NCBI GenBank assembly: GCA_965238275.1 | Contig: OZ250186.1 | Coordinates: 640,001-704,000 of the forward strand | Direction of reading: 5' to 3' | Length of the DNA stretch: 64,000 bases | Origin: Nitrosopumilus sp. | Lineage (GTDB): Archaea; Thermoproteota; Nitrososphaeria; Nitrososphaerales; Nitrosopumilaceae | Shown: piece by piece, positions 17,063-27,672 of the stretch | Layout of the letters: each line of letters begins with the position of its first letter | Numbering within the stretch: the stretch's first letter is position 1 | Made by a program: the position numbers and the translations under genes | The notes under the pieces: model-generated | What the model was told of the DNA's origin: nothing | The model's database searches: none | The model's input: the letters and a program-made list of their open reading frames with translations, nothing else

Positions 17063-18166
17063 TCAATGATCCAGCGAGTCCAGAATGTCATGGACGTTGT
17101 TGGGACCCACTACAACCTGAACCCTCCTGCGGGTCTTCAGGGCCTGGCCCACCTCCGTGTCTGCAGGGGCAGGAACCTGGCCTGACGTGATTGCAACTGT
17201 CCTTTGCAGTCTTGCAACCGCCCTCTCAAGCCCGATCTCCCTTGCATCTGCAAGCAGGTCCGTATCCACTCCTGCAAGCGGCAGAACCGGAACCCTTCCT
17301 GCCCTGAAGACCTCCCGTACCATTCCGTCTGTAAACTCTGCAGACGATACCAGCGGCGAGAGTGCCAGGGATATGCGGGCCTCAGGACCATGCAGCATTA
17401 TCTCCAGAATCGACCTGACATACACCTGGTAGTTTCTGATCCCTCTAGGCCTGATCCTCAGGTGGAACAACTCCAGTTCTATCTCGTCTTGTACCAGCCT
17501 TGGGATTATCCTGTTGATTATTCGTACCAGCCAGGTCAGCTCCGATTCCTGTCTGTAGCATACCATGATCCGGACATCATGACCCTGCCTGATGGCCTCT
17601 AGACACGACACTGCAGAGATCTCGTCATACACGGCACATGCAGTCTTTTGCTCCTGAGGCCGGTACGGCACCCCCCCGCACCCCTCGTCCAGAAAGATGC
17701 AGACATATGCGTTGTCCTTTGTAAGATACGCATACAGCATCTTGTCATGGCTCCTCTCCGTTCCCGGACGGGCGTCGGGTTTCTTCTCTATGATGCTGGA
17801 TGTTGCTGCGATCTCGACGTCCCCTGCAAGAAAACCGCTCGACGTACCCTCTACCCTTACCAGAAACCTCTCTCCCTTCAGGAGCAGGTTCCCCCCAGTG
17901 GATGTAATCTCCTTTACGATGCCGTCAAAGTCGTTTCTTACGCATCTTGCAATTGCGATCTTTTCTATGCCAAAGAGGAGCCCTATGGCCGACGAGGCAA
18001 AGACGGGATCGTTTGCGTGTACCAGAATTACGTCGCCGTCGCGCCTGACGGTTTTGAACTGCTGGCCCCTGATCCTTAGAATGTCCTTGATGTTCTTGAT
18101 CATCTGCCGGATATGCCTTCTTGAAAATATCGTTGGAAATACTACCACGTATGATACCTCATTCAT
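17063..18166 (-). CDS. THUMP-domain ThiI-like protein with degenerate adenylation domain
   Basis: N-terminal ferredoxin-like/THUMP region (FGIEKIAIA, FLVRVEG), GCGGVP linker, no SGGxDS loop. Confidence 0.7.
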   Translation of the reverse strand: MNEVSYVVVFPTIFSRRHIRQMIKNIKDILRIRGQQFKTVRRDGDVILVHANDPVFASSAIGLLFGIEKIAIARCVRNDFDGIVKEITSTGGNLLLKGERFLVRVEGTSSGFLAGDVEIAATSSIIEKKPDARPGTERSHDKMLYAYLTKDNAYVCIFLDEGCGGVPYRPQEQKTACAVYDEISAVSCLEAIRQGHDVRIMVCYRQESELTWLVRIINRIIPRLVQDEIELELFHLRIRPRGIRNYQVYVRSILEIMLHGPEARISLALSPLVSSAEFTDGMVREVFRAGRVPVLPLAGVDTDLLADAREIGLERAVARLQRTVAITSGQVPAPADTEVGQALKTRRRVQVVVGPNNVHDILDSLDH

Positions 18167-18250
18167 ACACGATACCCTGACACATGCCTGCATATAATTT
18201 AGTGCCGGATCCGCACAATCAATATAAAACTAATAGCCCAAGACACCTTC

Positions 18251-18979
18251 ATGATAAGATTTACACCCGAGCAGGTCGGCAAGCTCAACGACTCTGTGAG
18301 GACTGCCGAGGACGCACTGCGGTGGGCCTCTGAGAACCTGCACCCTAGGGTTGCCAAGGCATCGAGCTTCGGAGCCGAGGACGCAGTAATTATGGACATC
18401 ATGATGAAGATCAACCCGGAATTCAGATTATTCACGCTTGACACGGGCAGGCTGCCCCAAGAGACATATGACATCATGGAGGTGGTTCGAAGGAGATACA
18501 ACATTACCATCGAGGTACTCTTTCCCGACGCGGGAGAAGTCCAGGAGATGGTCAGGGAGAAGGGCCCAAACCTCTTCTATGACAGCGTGGAAAACAGAAA
18601 ACTCTGCTGTGGCATCCGCAAGGTCCATCCCATGAACAAGATGCTTGCAACCTTGGACGGGTGGATTACCGGGCTGAGGAGGGATCAGACTGACATACGA
18701 AGGGATGCAGCCATGTTCCAGCTGGACCACGGACACGACGGCATCCTAAAGATCAACCCCATTATTGACTGGACGTGGGAGCAGGTTCAGGACTACATCC
18801 GGAAAAACGATCTTCCATGCAACGCCCTGCTGAAGAAAGGATATCCGAGCATCGGGTGCGCGCCCTGTACCCGGCCGATAAGACCAGGCGAGGATCTTCG
18901 GGCCGGAAGGTGGTGGTGGGAGCAGAACCAGCACAAGGAGTGCGGGCTTCATATAACCCCAGGCACGGAGGAGTCATGA
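18251..18979 (+). CDS. cysH: APS/PAPS reductase (4Fe-4S type)
   Basis: [36 protein letters not shown]. Confidence 0.95.
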   Translation: MIRFTPEQVGKLNDSVRTAEDALRWASENLHPRVAKASSFGAEDAVIMDIMMKINPEFRLFTLDTGRLPQETYDIMEVVRRRYNITIEVLFPDAGEVQEMVREKGPNLFYDSVENRKLCCGIRKVHPMNKMLATLDGWITGLRRDQTDIRRDAAMFQLDHGHDGILKINPIIDWTWEQVQDYIRKNDLPCNALLKKGYPSIGCAPCTRPIRPGEDLRAGRWWWEQNQHKECGLHITPGTEES

Positions 18980-20118
18980 TGACGCAGGGCACAATCAGGG
19001 CACATGGAGGAGCACTGGTGGACAGAATTACCAACGCCAACCCTGCCGGCCTGTACTCTGTTGCACTCACTGATGATCTTGCAAACGATGTCGAGAATAT
19101 AGCAGACGGAATCTTCAGCCCCCTTGAGGGGTTCCTTGGAAGGCAGGACTTTGAAAGCGTCGTGTCGCGGGGAAGACTTGAAAACGATCTGGCCTGGACC
19201 ATTCCAATAACGCTTGATGTGGACGGACCGACAGGCTCCAAGATGAAGGATGCCGGGGATGTGCTGTTGCGCAATCCCAAGGGAGACGCAGTTGCGGTGA
19301 TTCATGTAGAGGAGATATTTTCATTTGACAAAAAAGAGACTGTACAGGGCGTGTATGGCACCACCGATCCGTCCCATCCTGGGGTTGCCAAGACCATGTC
19401 CATGGGCGAATACCTTGTAGGAGGATCAATTGACTACATCAAGAGACCCGAACATACTGAGATCAGAAGGAACAGGATGACCCCTGTCCAGACCCGGGAT
19501 GCCTTTGCGCAGGCAGGCTGGAAGACGATCTGTGCGTTTCAGACTAGAAATCCTCCCCACGTAGCCCACGAGATGCTGCAAAAGACGTCAATTACCACGC
19601 GGGACGGCGTATTTGTCAATCCCATTATTGGAAGGAAGAAGCCCGGCGACTTTGCCGACGAGGTTATCATAAAATGTTATGAGACCATGATAAAACTGTA
19701 CTATCCCGAAAACAGGTGCATGCTTGGAACTCTTCACACCGAGATGAAGTATGCCGGTCCCAGAGAGGCAATCCACCATGCAATCATGAGACAGAACTAT
19801 GGATGCACGCACATCATAATAGGGCGGGATCATGCAGGAGTCGGCAAGTTCTACGATCCGTTTGCCGCGCATAAGATCTTTGCAGACTATCACGATCTGG
19901 AGATCTCCCCCGTCTTCTTTCCTGCGTTCTTCTACTGCAAAAGATGCCTTACGTATACCACCCGCAAGGCATGTCCGCATGGCGATGACTCAAAGGAGCA
20001 GATCAGCGGCACAAAACTGCGGGAGATGATTCAGAACGGCCAGTCTCCGTCCGAATTCATCCTGAGACCCGAGGTGGCAAGGGTGATCCTGGATCATCCA
20101 AAACCGTTTGTAGACTAG
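18976..20118 (+). CDS. sat: Sulfate adenylyltransferase
   Basis: [37 protein letters not shown]. Confidence 0.95.
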   Translation: MMTQGTIRAHGGALVDRITNANPAGLYSVALTDDLANDVENIADGIFSPLEGFLGRQDFESVVSRGRLENDLAWTIPITLDVDGPTGSKMKDAGDVLLRNPKGDAVAVIHVEEIFSFDKKETVQGVYGTTDPSHPGVAKTMSMGEYLVGGSIDYIKRPEHTEIRRNRMTPVQTRDAFAQAGWKTICAFQTRNPPHVAHEMLQKTSITTRDGVFVNPIIGRKKPGDFADEVIIKCYETMIKLYYPENRCMLGTLHTEMKYAGPREAIHHAIMRQNYGCTHIIIGRDHAGVGKFYDPFAAHKIFADYHDLEISPVFFPAFFYCKRCLTYTTRKACPHGDDSKEQISGTKLREMIQNGQSPSEFILRPEVARVILDHPKPFVD

Positions 20119-20149
20119 ATATTTATTCAATCATGCCCTCCCATACCTC

Positions 20150-20815
20150 GTGAAGTATCTGTATGCCGTCATCCTGCTTGCGGGGTTTATAGTCGTCCCG
20201 GCATCGGCACAGGATGTAATGAACCCCTCGCTTATCAACCGGACAATCGAGATCCAAGCAGACGAGTTCAACCGGGTTCAGCGCGAAGCTCCTGTGGTGA
20301 TGCTTGACGAGGTTCATGCAGTCCACTGGCAGGTAACCATCGACAACAACCTCATATATGAAAACCCTGACGGCAACGCGGTCCTCCGGTTGTACGACCA
20401 GGAGACGCACGACGAGTTTATTGAGGTGGGCATGGGCTCTAATCCTGACAACAAGTACTGGGTTGCAGTACAGACGCCTGAAGAGGGATACATCGTGGTC
20501 CACCGGGATCTGGACAGGGGATGGTATCAGCAGGCAAAGTCCATAGTATCCTACACTGACAGGGCCGGCCTTACCGTGAATAACGGAGCCAGAATTGTGG
20601 TGACGAATCTGGACATCGGGTTGTTCATAATTGACGGCTACTCGGTACACGGGATGGACAGCTCGACTGATCCCCCTGCTGTAAACTCTGGCAGTTTGGT
20701 TGCAGAGTTTCGCTCCGGCGATCCCGCTGAGAACATTCTTGCACTGTTCCCATTCTATCTGGCAGCAGGCATCGGGGCAATAGTAGGCGCGCTGTACCTT
20801 ACCAAGAAGCGTTAA
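20150..20815 (+). CDS. Hypothetical surface protein (signal peptide plus C-terminal TM anchor)
   Basis: Signal peptide ...VPASAQ; C-terminal hydrophobic helix followed by KKR. Confidence 0.75.
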   Translation: MKYLYAVILLAGFIVVPASAQDVMNPSLINRTIEIQADEFNRVQREAPVVMLDEVHAVHWQVTIDNNLIYENPDGNAVLRLYDQETHDEFIEVGMGSNPDNKYWVAVQTPEEGYIVVHRDLDRGWYQQAKSIVSYTDRAGLTVNNGARIVVTNLDIGLFIIDGYSVHGMDSSTDPPAVNSGSLVAEFRSGDPAENILALFPFYLAAGIGAIVGALYLTKKR

Positions 20816-20878
20816 CAGTCATTCCATTGGATGCAGACTCTCGTGACATGTCCGGCGTGCGGCACCGGATGTAGGCAA

Positions 20879-21265
20879 TCATCCCTCAGACATGACCGGT
20901 TCGGCGTTGGTATCTATGCGGAGTCTCATTCCGTCCCTTATGGAGTCAAACTGTTCCCCTGACACCGTCAGAAGGGGGATGTCTGCAAGCGCACACCCTG
21001 TCACAACGGTAAGATCCGCCTTTTTACATATCATGGCAAGCGGGGCTGCGCTGTTTGACTTTATGGAGTAGATGGTGTATGCCCCCACACTGCTCCCCAC
21101 CCCTCCGGGAAACACCAGAATCGTGTCCCTGATCGACTTGCCGGACAGGTCGTGGCTGTCATCACTAATCACCCCGGTTCTCTTCTCGACGGTTCCAAGA
21201 AAGTTGATCGGATTTTCGGACTTGAGGACAACCCCCTGTGTCCTGCCCCGGACCAGAATCTTCAC
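20879..21265 (-). CDS. Aconitase X swivel subunit (DUF126; phosphomevalonate dehydratase small subunit)
   Basis: INFLG, VFPGGVGSSVG; overlaps its DUF521 partner. Confidence 0.88.
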   Translation of the reverse strand: MKILVRGRTQGVVLKSENPINFLGTVEKRTGVISDDSHDLSGKSIRDTILVFPGGVGSSVGAYTIYSIKSNSAAPLAMICKKADLTVVTGCALADIPLLTVSGEQFDSIRDGMRLRIDTNAEPVMSEG

Positions 21266-22413
21266 CGGGTCTCCTCCCGGATTATCTGTGAGAGCGGCTT
21301 CAGGTTCACATCTACCTTGTTGGAGTTTTTCAGATAGAATGCGCCCTTGACGCTGTTGGTGGTTACAGCATCGACGTTGTCATGGCTGATCAGCGGACTC
21401 AGGCATATGCAGCAGTCGGCAAGAATTTCACAGCCCGCCTTCTTTAGCATGTCTGAGTGGCCGGACTCTCCGGCCTCCTCCTTTGCCGTTCTCGGGCAGA
21501 ACACCATGCACCTCTTCTTAAACGATCTTCCCTCCAGCATGCCTGCCAGTTCTGCCATCTCCTCAAATCCAAGCTGGGGGCTTCCAAGCGCGATCATGTC
21601 CCCCTCCTCTGCAGTGTTTAACTCATCGTGGATCTTTTGTGCCTCGCTCTCGTCAAAATCCACACTCTCACCTTGGATCTCCTCCTCGTCAAAGACAAAC
21701 TTGGCACACGTGCCGGACGTTCCCATTCCCCCGCACATTGCCTTGCACTGCCGCCTGTCCATTCTGCCCAGCCCGCATATGTTTACAGAATCATCACCCA
21801 TCCTACCTGAAAAGAATCCAAGCATTCCGTACGTCAGCTCGTCTGGTTCCTTTACCTTCATCCGGATCGACATGCCGGACGCATCATCCCTGCGCAATGC
21901 AGAGTACGGACTCTTTCCGGTGATTGCGCTTGCCAGTGCGCTAAACGCACTTTCCTTGTTTGTCCTCAGGCTGTCGTACGAGTTTGCATGTATTGCAGCA
22001 TTGCTTTCGGCAAACGCCACCTGCGTGCCGGGTTCAGGAATATCAAATATCTCGTACGGTATGCACGAGAATGACGGTATTACGCCCATGGCCTCGTATG
22101 ATGACCTAATTGAGAGCTGTTTTGAGACAAAGTTCTCATCCAGTCCGTAATTATCCACACTGTCAATATCAAACCCCATGGGATTCAGGGTCGTCTTTAC
22201 GCTGACCCGGGCATTCCTGATGCTGGAGAGGAACTCCTCGCCTGCATCGCCTATCGTGTTGTAGTTGACCCCGGACAGATGCGCCCATCTTATGGGAACC
22301 AGCCTCTCTGCGTCCGTGGCCTCGCCTGTGGCAGCCAGAATCCTGTATGCCACCTGCATTATCTCCCCATGTTCCCCGTCAAGCGCGGCCTTCTCCGAGT
22401 CCGTAAGCTCCAT
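21262..22413 (-). CDS. Aconitase X catalytic subunit (DUF521; phosphomevalonate dehydratase large subunit)
   Basis: AHLSGVNYNTIGDAG, TTLNP, SCIPY, AESNA, DCCICLSP, TNSVKG. Confidence 0.9.
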   Translation of the reverse strand: MELTDSEKAALDGEHGEIMQVAYRILAATGEATDAERLVPIRWAHLSGVNYNTIGDAGEEFLSSIRNARVSVKTTLNPMGFDIDSVDNYGLDENFVSKQLSIRSSYEAMGVIPSFSCIPYEIFDIPEPGTQVAFAESNAAIHANSYDSLRTNKESAFSALASAITGKSPYSALRRDDASGMSIRMKVKEPDELTYGMLGFFSGRMGDDSVNICGLGRMDRRQCKAMCGGMGTSGTCAKFVFDEEEIQGESVDFDESEAQKIHDELNTAEEGDMIALGSPQLGFEEMAELAGMLEGRSFKKRCMVFCPRTAKEEAGESGHSDMLKKAGCEILADCCICLSPLISHDNVDAVTTNSVKGAFYLKNSNKVDVNLKPLSQIIREETR

Positions 22414-22468
22414 GATATCATTGCTGGTGGGATCTACAGATATAACACTTCGTTGCACCCCCAATGAC

Positions 22469-23116
22469 ATGAAGAGAATTCTGTCCGGAATGCGGGACAC
22501 GATGAACTCCGTCAAGCCTCCTAGAATGACTGCGCTGCGGGAGCTGCACGATGCAGAGAGAGGCGGCCCGTTCAGCATCCTGATAGGAACCATCCTGTCT
22601 GCCAGAACAAAGGACGAGAACACGGCCAAGGTGGTAAAATCACTGTTCTCCATATACAGTAACGCCGAGGAGCTTGCATGTGCAAGACTTGAGGATGTCG
22701 AGGAGATAATCCACTCCATCGGATTCTATCACGTCAAGGCCAGACGAATAATCGACGTTGCAAGAATCATACACACCCAGTACAAGGGATTGGTCCCTGA
22801 CAGTCTGGAGAAGCTTGTAGAGTTGCCGGGGGTGGGGAGAAAGACAGCAAACTGTGTGCTGGTCTATGCGTATGAAAAGCCGGCAATACCTGTAGATATT
22901 CATGTCCACAGAATCTCAAACAGGCTTGGGCTGGTAAAGACAAAAACGCCCGAGGAGACTGAACAGGAGCTCATGAAGAAGATTCCAAAAGAGCTCTGGC
23001 TTGACATTAATGACACCTTTGTAATGTACGGGCAGAACATCTGCAAGCCTGTATCCCCCATGTGCGGCGTCTGCAAAATCCGAAGGAGGTGCAGCTTTTA
23101 CAACTCCCTGTCATGA
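22469..23116 (+). CDS. nth: Endonuclease III
   Basis: LSARTKD, HhH LPGVGRKTA, VDIHVHR, C-terminal 4Fe-4S CKPVSPMCGVCKIRRRC. Confidence 0.95.
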   Translation: MKRILSGMRDTMNSVKPPRMTALRELHDAERGGPFSILIGTILSARTKDENTAKVVKSLFSIYSNAEELACARLEDVEEIIHSIGFYHVKARRIIDVARIIHTQYKGLVPDSLEKLVELPGVGRKTANCVLVYAYEKPAIPVDIHVHRISNRLGLVKTKTPEETEQELMKKIPKELWLDINDTFVMYGQNICKPVSPMCGVCKIRRRCSFYNSLS

Positions 23117-23261
23117 CTCAAGACAGTCCTGCCTGCGCATCCGTCTCATATCCCGCCGTCACGCCTGGGCAGTCGCGACACTTTGTGAAGAAAAGATTAC
23201 CCACGCATGAAATTTGTTATAGACTAATATTCAATTACCACCTCGTATGGTTGAAAGGCGT

Positions 23262-24413
23262 ATGATTGCAAACAATCCCCAGCTCTCGATAATTCTTCCC
23301 ACATACAACGAGTCCCAGAACATACTGGGAATCCTCAAGTCCATTCGCGAGAACATTCCAAAGGGAATCCGCTCAGAGACCATAGTGGTCGACGACAATT
23401 CGCCGGACGGAACAGGAAGGATAGTCGAGGACTACATCTCAGGCATCAGAAGGATGGCAGGGGACACGATTGACGTGATCCACAGAAGGACAAAGAACGG
23501 ACTCTCTTCTGCAATCCTCAACGGAATCCAGAACGCAAGGGGAGACATGATAGTGATTATGGACTCGGACTTTTCACACCCGCCGCAGATCATCCCCAAG
23601 ATGATCGAGGCCTTCAGGCACCACCGGTGCGATCTTGTAGTGGCGTCAAGGTACATCACAGGGGGCCGCATTCGGGGCTGGACTGCCAAGAGGCGGCTCA
23701 TGAGCAAGACTGCGACCGTGATTGCAAAGAAGGGCCTGGGTGTTCAGATAAAGGATCCAATGTCGGGCTTCTTTGCCTTCCGGAAGAGCATCATCAAGGG
23801 GATGAACTTTGACGCGCTGGGCTACAAGTTTCTGCTGGAACTGCTGGTAAAGACCAAGGGAATCAGCGTAAGGGAGATTCCATACACGTTTGAGAACAGA
23901 AAGCTTGGCTCAAGCAAGCTTGACGGGGCGACGGTGGTAGGCTATCTCAGATCCGTCTGGCGGCTGTACAGGAAAGGAAGACGGGATGCCGGCGAGAGGC
24001 GCAGCTCCGTGCGCTTCCTGTCCAAGGCTGCACGGTTCTTTACAGTCGGGGCATCCGGCTTTGTTGTAAACTATGTGGTCTCGATGCTCTTTACGTCGGG
24101 ACTTGCCGAGATGTGGTATCTTCATGCCAACATAGTTGGAATAATGGCATCCATATCGACCAACTTCATACTCAACAAGATCTGGACATTCGAGGACCGG
24201 GACTTTTCAAAGTGGAGGACGCTGACCCAGTATGGCAAGTTTGGCCTGTTCAGCTCGCTGGGCGCACTGGTGCAGCTTGGAATGGTGTTCTGGCTTATAG
24301 ACACGCATGATGTAGTGTATCCGCTCGCGCTGATCCTGGGAATATCATCTGCAGCATTTGGCAACTTCCTCCTCAACAAGAAGCTGACCTTCAAAGAGAA
24401 GCTCTGGGGCTAA
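23262..24413 (+). CDS. Dolichol-phosphate glycosyltransferase (GT2) fused to a GtrA-like TM domain
   Basis: LPTYNE, VDDNSPDGTG, MDSDFSH, DPMSGFF, C-terminal GtrA helices. Confidence 0.9.
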   Translation: MIANNPQLSIILPTYNESQNILGILKSIRENIPKGIRSETIVVDDNSPDGTGRIVEDYISGIRRMAGDTIDVIHRRTKNGLSSAILNGIQNARGDMIVIMDSDFSHPPQIIPKMIEAFRHHRCDLVVASRYITGGRIRGWTAKRRLMSKTATVIAKKGLGVQIKDPMSGFFAFRKSIIKGMNFDALGYKFLLELLVKTKGISVREIPYTFENRKLGSSKLDGATVVGYLRSVWRLYRKGRRDAGERRSSVRFLSKAARFFTVGASGFVVNYVVSMLFTSGLAEMWYLHANIVGIMASISTNFILNKIWTFEDRDFSKWRTLTQYGKFGLFSSLGALVQLGMVFWLIDTHDVVYPLALILGISSAAFGNFLLNKKLTFKEKLWG

Positions 24414-24450
24414 TCTCTAATTAAAACAAAAAGAAGGGCCTGTTCGTCTT

Positions 24451-25104
24451 CTACTCGAAACTGGAAGTAGTTGTTTTGGACGAAAGTCCGATTGAAGCTG
24501 GTGCGGATGGGAATTTTTCTCCTATCTGCTGCTCGGCAACTGCCGCTGCCTCCTGAATGATCTTCTCTGTCTCCTCGTTTGAGAGGTCGGAGTCCATGTT
24601 GCCGAATGAATCTCCTGCGAGCGAGTCGACCATGAGCCCGTTGAGCGTCTGGGTCATCGCATTCAGTTCCGAGTCTGCCTCTGGCATGAATCTTCCGAGC
24701 GAGGATTTCAATCCCTTCATGGTTGACATTGCTGGCCCTATTGCCACCATGGCATCACCAAGATCATGAATGGTTGTTAGTCTTAGTTGAACTTGTTCCA
24801 GTGATACCCTTGCGTTACTTAGCATCTTTGTAACCTTGCGGATCTCTGCTAGTTCGTTGGACAGGACTCTGCTTGTGCCGATGTCGTGCTGCTGCATGGC
24901 AGTTACGACCCTCTTGAAGAGATGCGCATCCCTTTCATGCAGCTTGTTTAGCATAGAGTCCATCTTTGAGACCTGGACTTGTAGCTTGTTCACAGCAGTC
25001 TGGATTCGTGGCTTCAAGGCTCCCTGAGGCTTTATAGCATCATGGAGTTTGTCGCTCATGCTTCCTGTTTCCTGTTTAGACCAAGTTTTGTTGAAGTTTG
25101 GCAT
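24451..25104 (-). CDS. cdvB: CdvB / ESCRT-III paralogue
   Basis: Snf7 fold; high similarity to 1857-2510. Confidence 0.9.
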   Translation of the reverse strand: MPNFNKTWSKQETGSMSDKLHDAIKPQGALKPRIQTAVNKLQVQVSKMDSMLNKLHERDAHLFKRVVTAMQQHDIGTSRVLSNELAEIRKVTKMLSNARVSLEQVQLRLTTIHDLGDAMVAIGPAMSTMKGLKSSLGRFMPEADSELNAMTQTLNGLMVDSLAGDSFGNMDSDLSNEETEKIIQEAAAVAEQQIGEKFPSAPASIGLSSKTTTSSFE

Positions 25105-25127
25105 GACTGCTGGTTTAGGAATTTAGT

Positions 25128-25157
25128 CTTAATGTATCGTGTATATTTAGATCAACA
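25128..25157 (-). promoter_or_regulatory. Palindromic box TGTTGATCTAAATATACA plus ATTAAG upstream of the second cdvB
   Basis: Same motif and same box-to-TATA spacing as at 1811-1840. Confidence 0.6.
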
Positions 25158-25247
25158 TCGGGCTAAATTTAGCTGACAATATTCCATCCGCGGCAGACAC
25201 GATCCAACGTAGTCACTCCAACGAAGCCGCCCTGAAGGCATACTATT

Positions 25248-26027
25248 ATGACAGAATCGCCTCCAAAATGCGTGGCAAGGATTGCCGTCTTTGATTCGGG
25301 TCTGGGATCGCTTTCAGTCATACTGGCAATCCGGAGTGTGATGAAGGCAGACATTGTGTATTTTGCAGACCAGCAGAACTTTCCCTACGGACTCAAGTCA
25401 CATTCACAACTCAGGTCCATAATTACTAGAACCATCCGGATGCTTGAGGAGAGGTTCTCCCCGGATGGCATCGTAATGGCATCAAACACACCCAGCCTCA
25501 TGCTGGACATTCACAATCCGAAGGTGATCGGCGTGAGGCCTCCGCTGGCCGAGGCCTGCAAGGCCTCCAGGTCAGGTGGGATTGGAATTCTTGCAACCCG
25601 GTCGGCGGTAAGAAGCAGGGGTCTTTCAAGGTACATCAAACAGAATGCCCCAGAACAGTGCAGAATTCACAGGATTGACGGCTCCGGGCTTGTAGATCTG
25701 GTAGAGTCCGGGCGGTTCCTAACAGACAGGAGTCTGTGCAGGAAGGCAATACGGGAGAGTCTGGAGGATACAATATCCAGAAACTCCATTGACACTGTCA
25801 CCCTCTCCAGCACACACCTTCCCTTCCTGCAGGACATGCTGGATGGCGAGTTTCCCCAAGTCAGGTTCATTGATCCGGGCAGAATGGTGGCCTCGGTTCT
25901 CTCAAGGCGGCACGGCAGTTCTCCAAGAAACTCACTGAGAATCTTTACCTCGGCAGAACCCGGGAACCTTCAGGAGAGCCTGACGGGTCTGGGGATCAAA
26001 AACAGGGTTTTGCGCCTGTCTATCTGA
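25248..26027 (+). CDS. Glutamate racemase (MurI)-like protein with Ser at both catalytic positions
   Basis: VFDSGLGSLSV, FPYG, ASNTPS (canonical ACNTA), LSSTHLP (canonical LGCTHYP). Confidence 0.85.
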   Translation: MTESPPKCVARIAVFDSGLGSLSVILAIRSVMKADIVYFADQQNFPYGLKSHSQLRSIITRTIRMLEERFSPDGIVMASNTPSLMLDIHNPKVIGVRPPLAEACKASRSGGIGILATRSAVRSRGLSRYIKQNAPEQCRIHRIDGSGLVDLVESGRFLTDRSLCRKAIRESLEDTISRNSIDTVTLSSTHLPFLQDMLDGEFPQVRFIDPGRMVASVLSRRHGSSPRNSLRIFTSAEPGNLQESLTGLGIKNRVLRLSI

Positions 26028-26784
26028 CTTTGGCCCTTCTGTAACCGTGGCTGAACTCCTTGTCATACAGCTTGGAGTATTCGTATGACTCTGGCTCTAT
26101 GACATCGCCGATAATTATGATGGCAGTCCTTGTAATCCCTGCGTCCCTTGTCTTTTTTGCAATGTCCTCCAGCGTCCCCTTCAGGATCGTCTGATCCTTC
26201 CAGCTTGCCCTGTATACGACTGCAGCAGGCGTGGTCTCCTTGTAGCCTCCGGCCACTGCCTCCCTGACAAGCCCTGCGATCAGCTGTGCGCTGAGATAAA
26301 AGATCATCGTTGCCCCGTGCCCTGCAAGCTCGGATATTCTCTCCCTGTCTGGAACCTTGGTTCTTGATTCTGCCCTTGTAATGATTATCGTCTGGGTGAC
26401 TCCCGGCAGGGTAAGCTGTGTTCCCAGCGCGGCAGCCGAGGCAAGAAACGCAGTGACCCCAGGCACGACTGTGGATTCTATCCCCTTTGCCTTGAGATTG
26501 TCGATCTGCTCCCTTATCGCGCCATATATGGACGGATCTCCGTCATGAAGTCTGACCACCCGTCTGTTCTCCCTTGCGTTCTGGTACAGCAGATCGAATA
26601 TCTCCTCCCTGACAAGCCCTGATGCGTCATGCAGCTCCCCGTTCCTGCACAGCTTCAGGATGGGTTCGGGAATCAGGGATCCTGAGTATACCACCACATC
26701 TGCCTCCTGAATCAGCCTGCTGGCCTTGACTGTAATGAGTTCGGGATCGCCTGGTCCGCATCCCACAAAGAAGACTTTAGACAC
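26020..26784 (-). CDS. cbiF: Cobalt-precorrin-4 C11-methyltransferase
   Basis: GCGPGDPELITVK, RLHDGDPSIYGAIREQ, LTLPGVTQT. Confidence 0.93.
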   Translation of the reverse strand: MSKVFFVGCGPGDPELITVKASRLIQEADVVVYSGSLIPEPILKLCRNGELHDASGLVREEIFDLLYQNARENRRVVRLHDGDPSIYGAIREQIDNLKAKGIESTVVPGVTAFLASAAALGTQLTLPGVTQTIIITRAESRTKVPDRERISELAGHGATMIFYLSAQLIAGLVREAVAGGYKETTPAAVVYRASWKDQTILKGTLEDIAKKTRDAGITRTAIIIIGDVIEPESYEYSKLYDKEFSHGYRRAKVR

Positions 26785-27499
26785 GCTTTACCACCAGTAT
26801 TGAAAAGTATTTGGTCGTCAGGGTACTGTCATTTACCTCACCAAGCGTCATCTTTCTGACGATCTCCTTGTCGGTACCAAGATCCTGTCCTATTGCAAAG
26901 ATGGAATCTGCAGGGAACCCGGACTCCCTTAGCACGTCTATCACCTGATCAAAATACCTCCCGTCCTTGAGAAAGACCATGGTCTCAGAGTTTTTTGCAA
27001 TCTCCCTGACGCTGGACAGGTCATAGCATGATGGAATTATTGCAACCTTCTCTGCCCCCTCTGCAATACTTACGCCTACCTTTGAGGCAAACGTGAATAT
27101 CGAGACGATTCCGGGTATCACGCTTATGTCCATGTCCGGATGGTTTTCTGTAAGATCCCTGTGCATGTAGATCCACGTGCTGTACAGGTATGGATCCCCT
27201 ACAGTGATATACACGATGTTCTTCCCTGACAGGACTCTTTCTGCCATGATTTTGGCATTTCTCTTCCATGTCTGCTCAAGAACCGCCCTGTCCTTTGTCA
27301 TCGGAAAGATCAGTTTTACAACCTCCTGGCCTGCCGACTTGTCGATTAATTGTGATATTATTGAGAATGCTATACTCGGCCTGTCCTCTCCTGATGCCGG
27401 GCACATTATGATATCTGCATTCTGGATTGTCCTTACGGCCTTAACCGTAAGCAGATCGGGATCCCCCGGACCCACCCCTATTGCAGTCAGACCAGGCAT
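26777..27499 (-). CDS. cbiL: Cobalt-precorrin-2 C20-methyltransferase
   Basis: GVGPGDPDLLTVKA, FPMTKD, GDPYLYST. Confidence 0.92.
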   Translation of the reverse strand: MPGLTAIGVGPGDPDLLTVKAVRTIQNADIIMCPASGEDRPSIAFSIISQLIDKSAGQEVVKLIFPMTKDRAVLEQTWKRNAKIMAERVLSGKNIVYITVGDPYLYSTWIYMHRDLTENHPDMDISVIPGIVSIFTFASKVGVSIAEGAEKVAIIPSCYDLSSVREIAKNSETMVFLKDGRYFDQVIDVLRESGFPADSIFAIGQDLGTDKEIVRKMTLGEVNDSTLTTKYFSILVVKRV

Positions 27500-27672
27500 G
27501 CGGGTTTTTGGACAGCCCCAATTAAAAATCTAGGTTAGCGTCCCGGCCCATTGCAGGTACTGAACCTGGTGTTTCGGCCAGTCTGCAAAATGCGTGGTGT
27601 CCTGACAGCGTATCCTGCCGACTACGGATCAGCACCACTCTTTTATAAAAACGACATGATCATAATATTACC

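Noticed and set aside
21262-23116. Long apparent overlap between the aconitase X and nth ORFs
   Set aside because: Artefact of upstream alternative starts; homology begins at 22413 (minus) and 22469 (plus).
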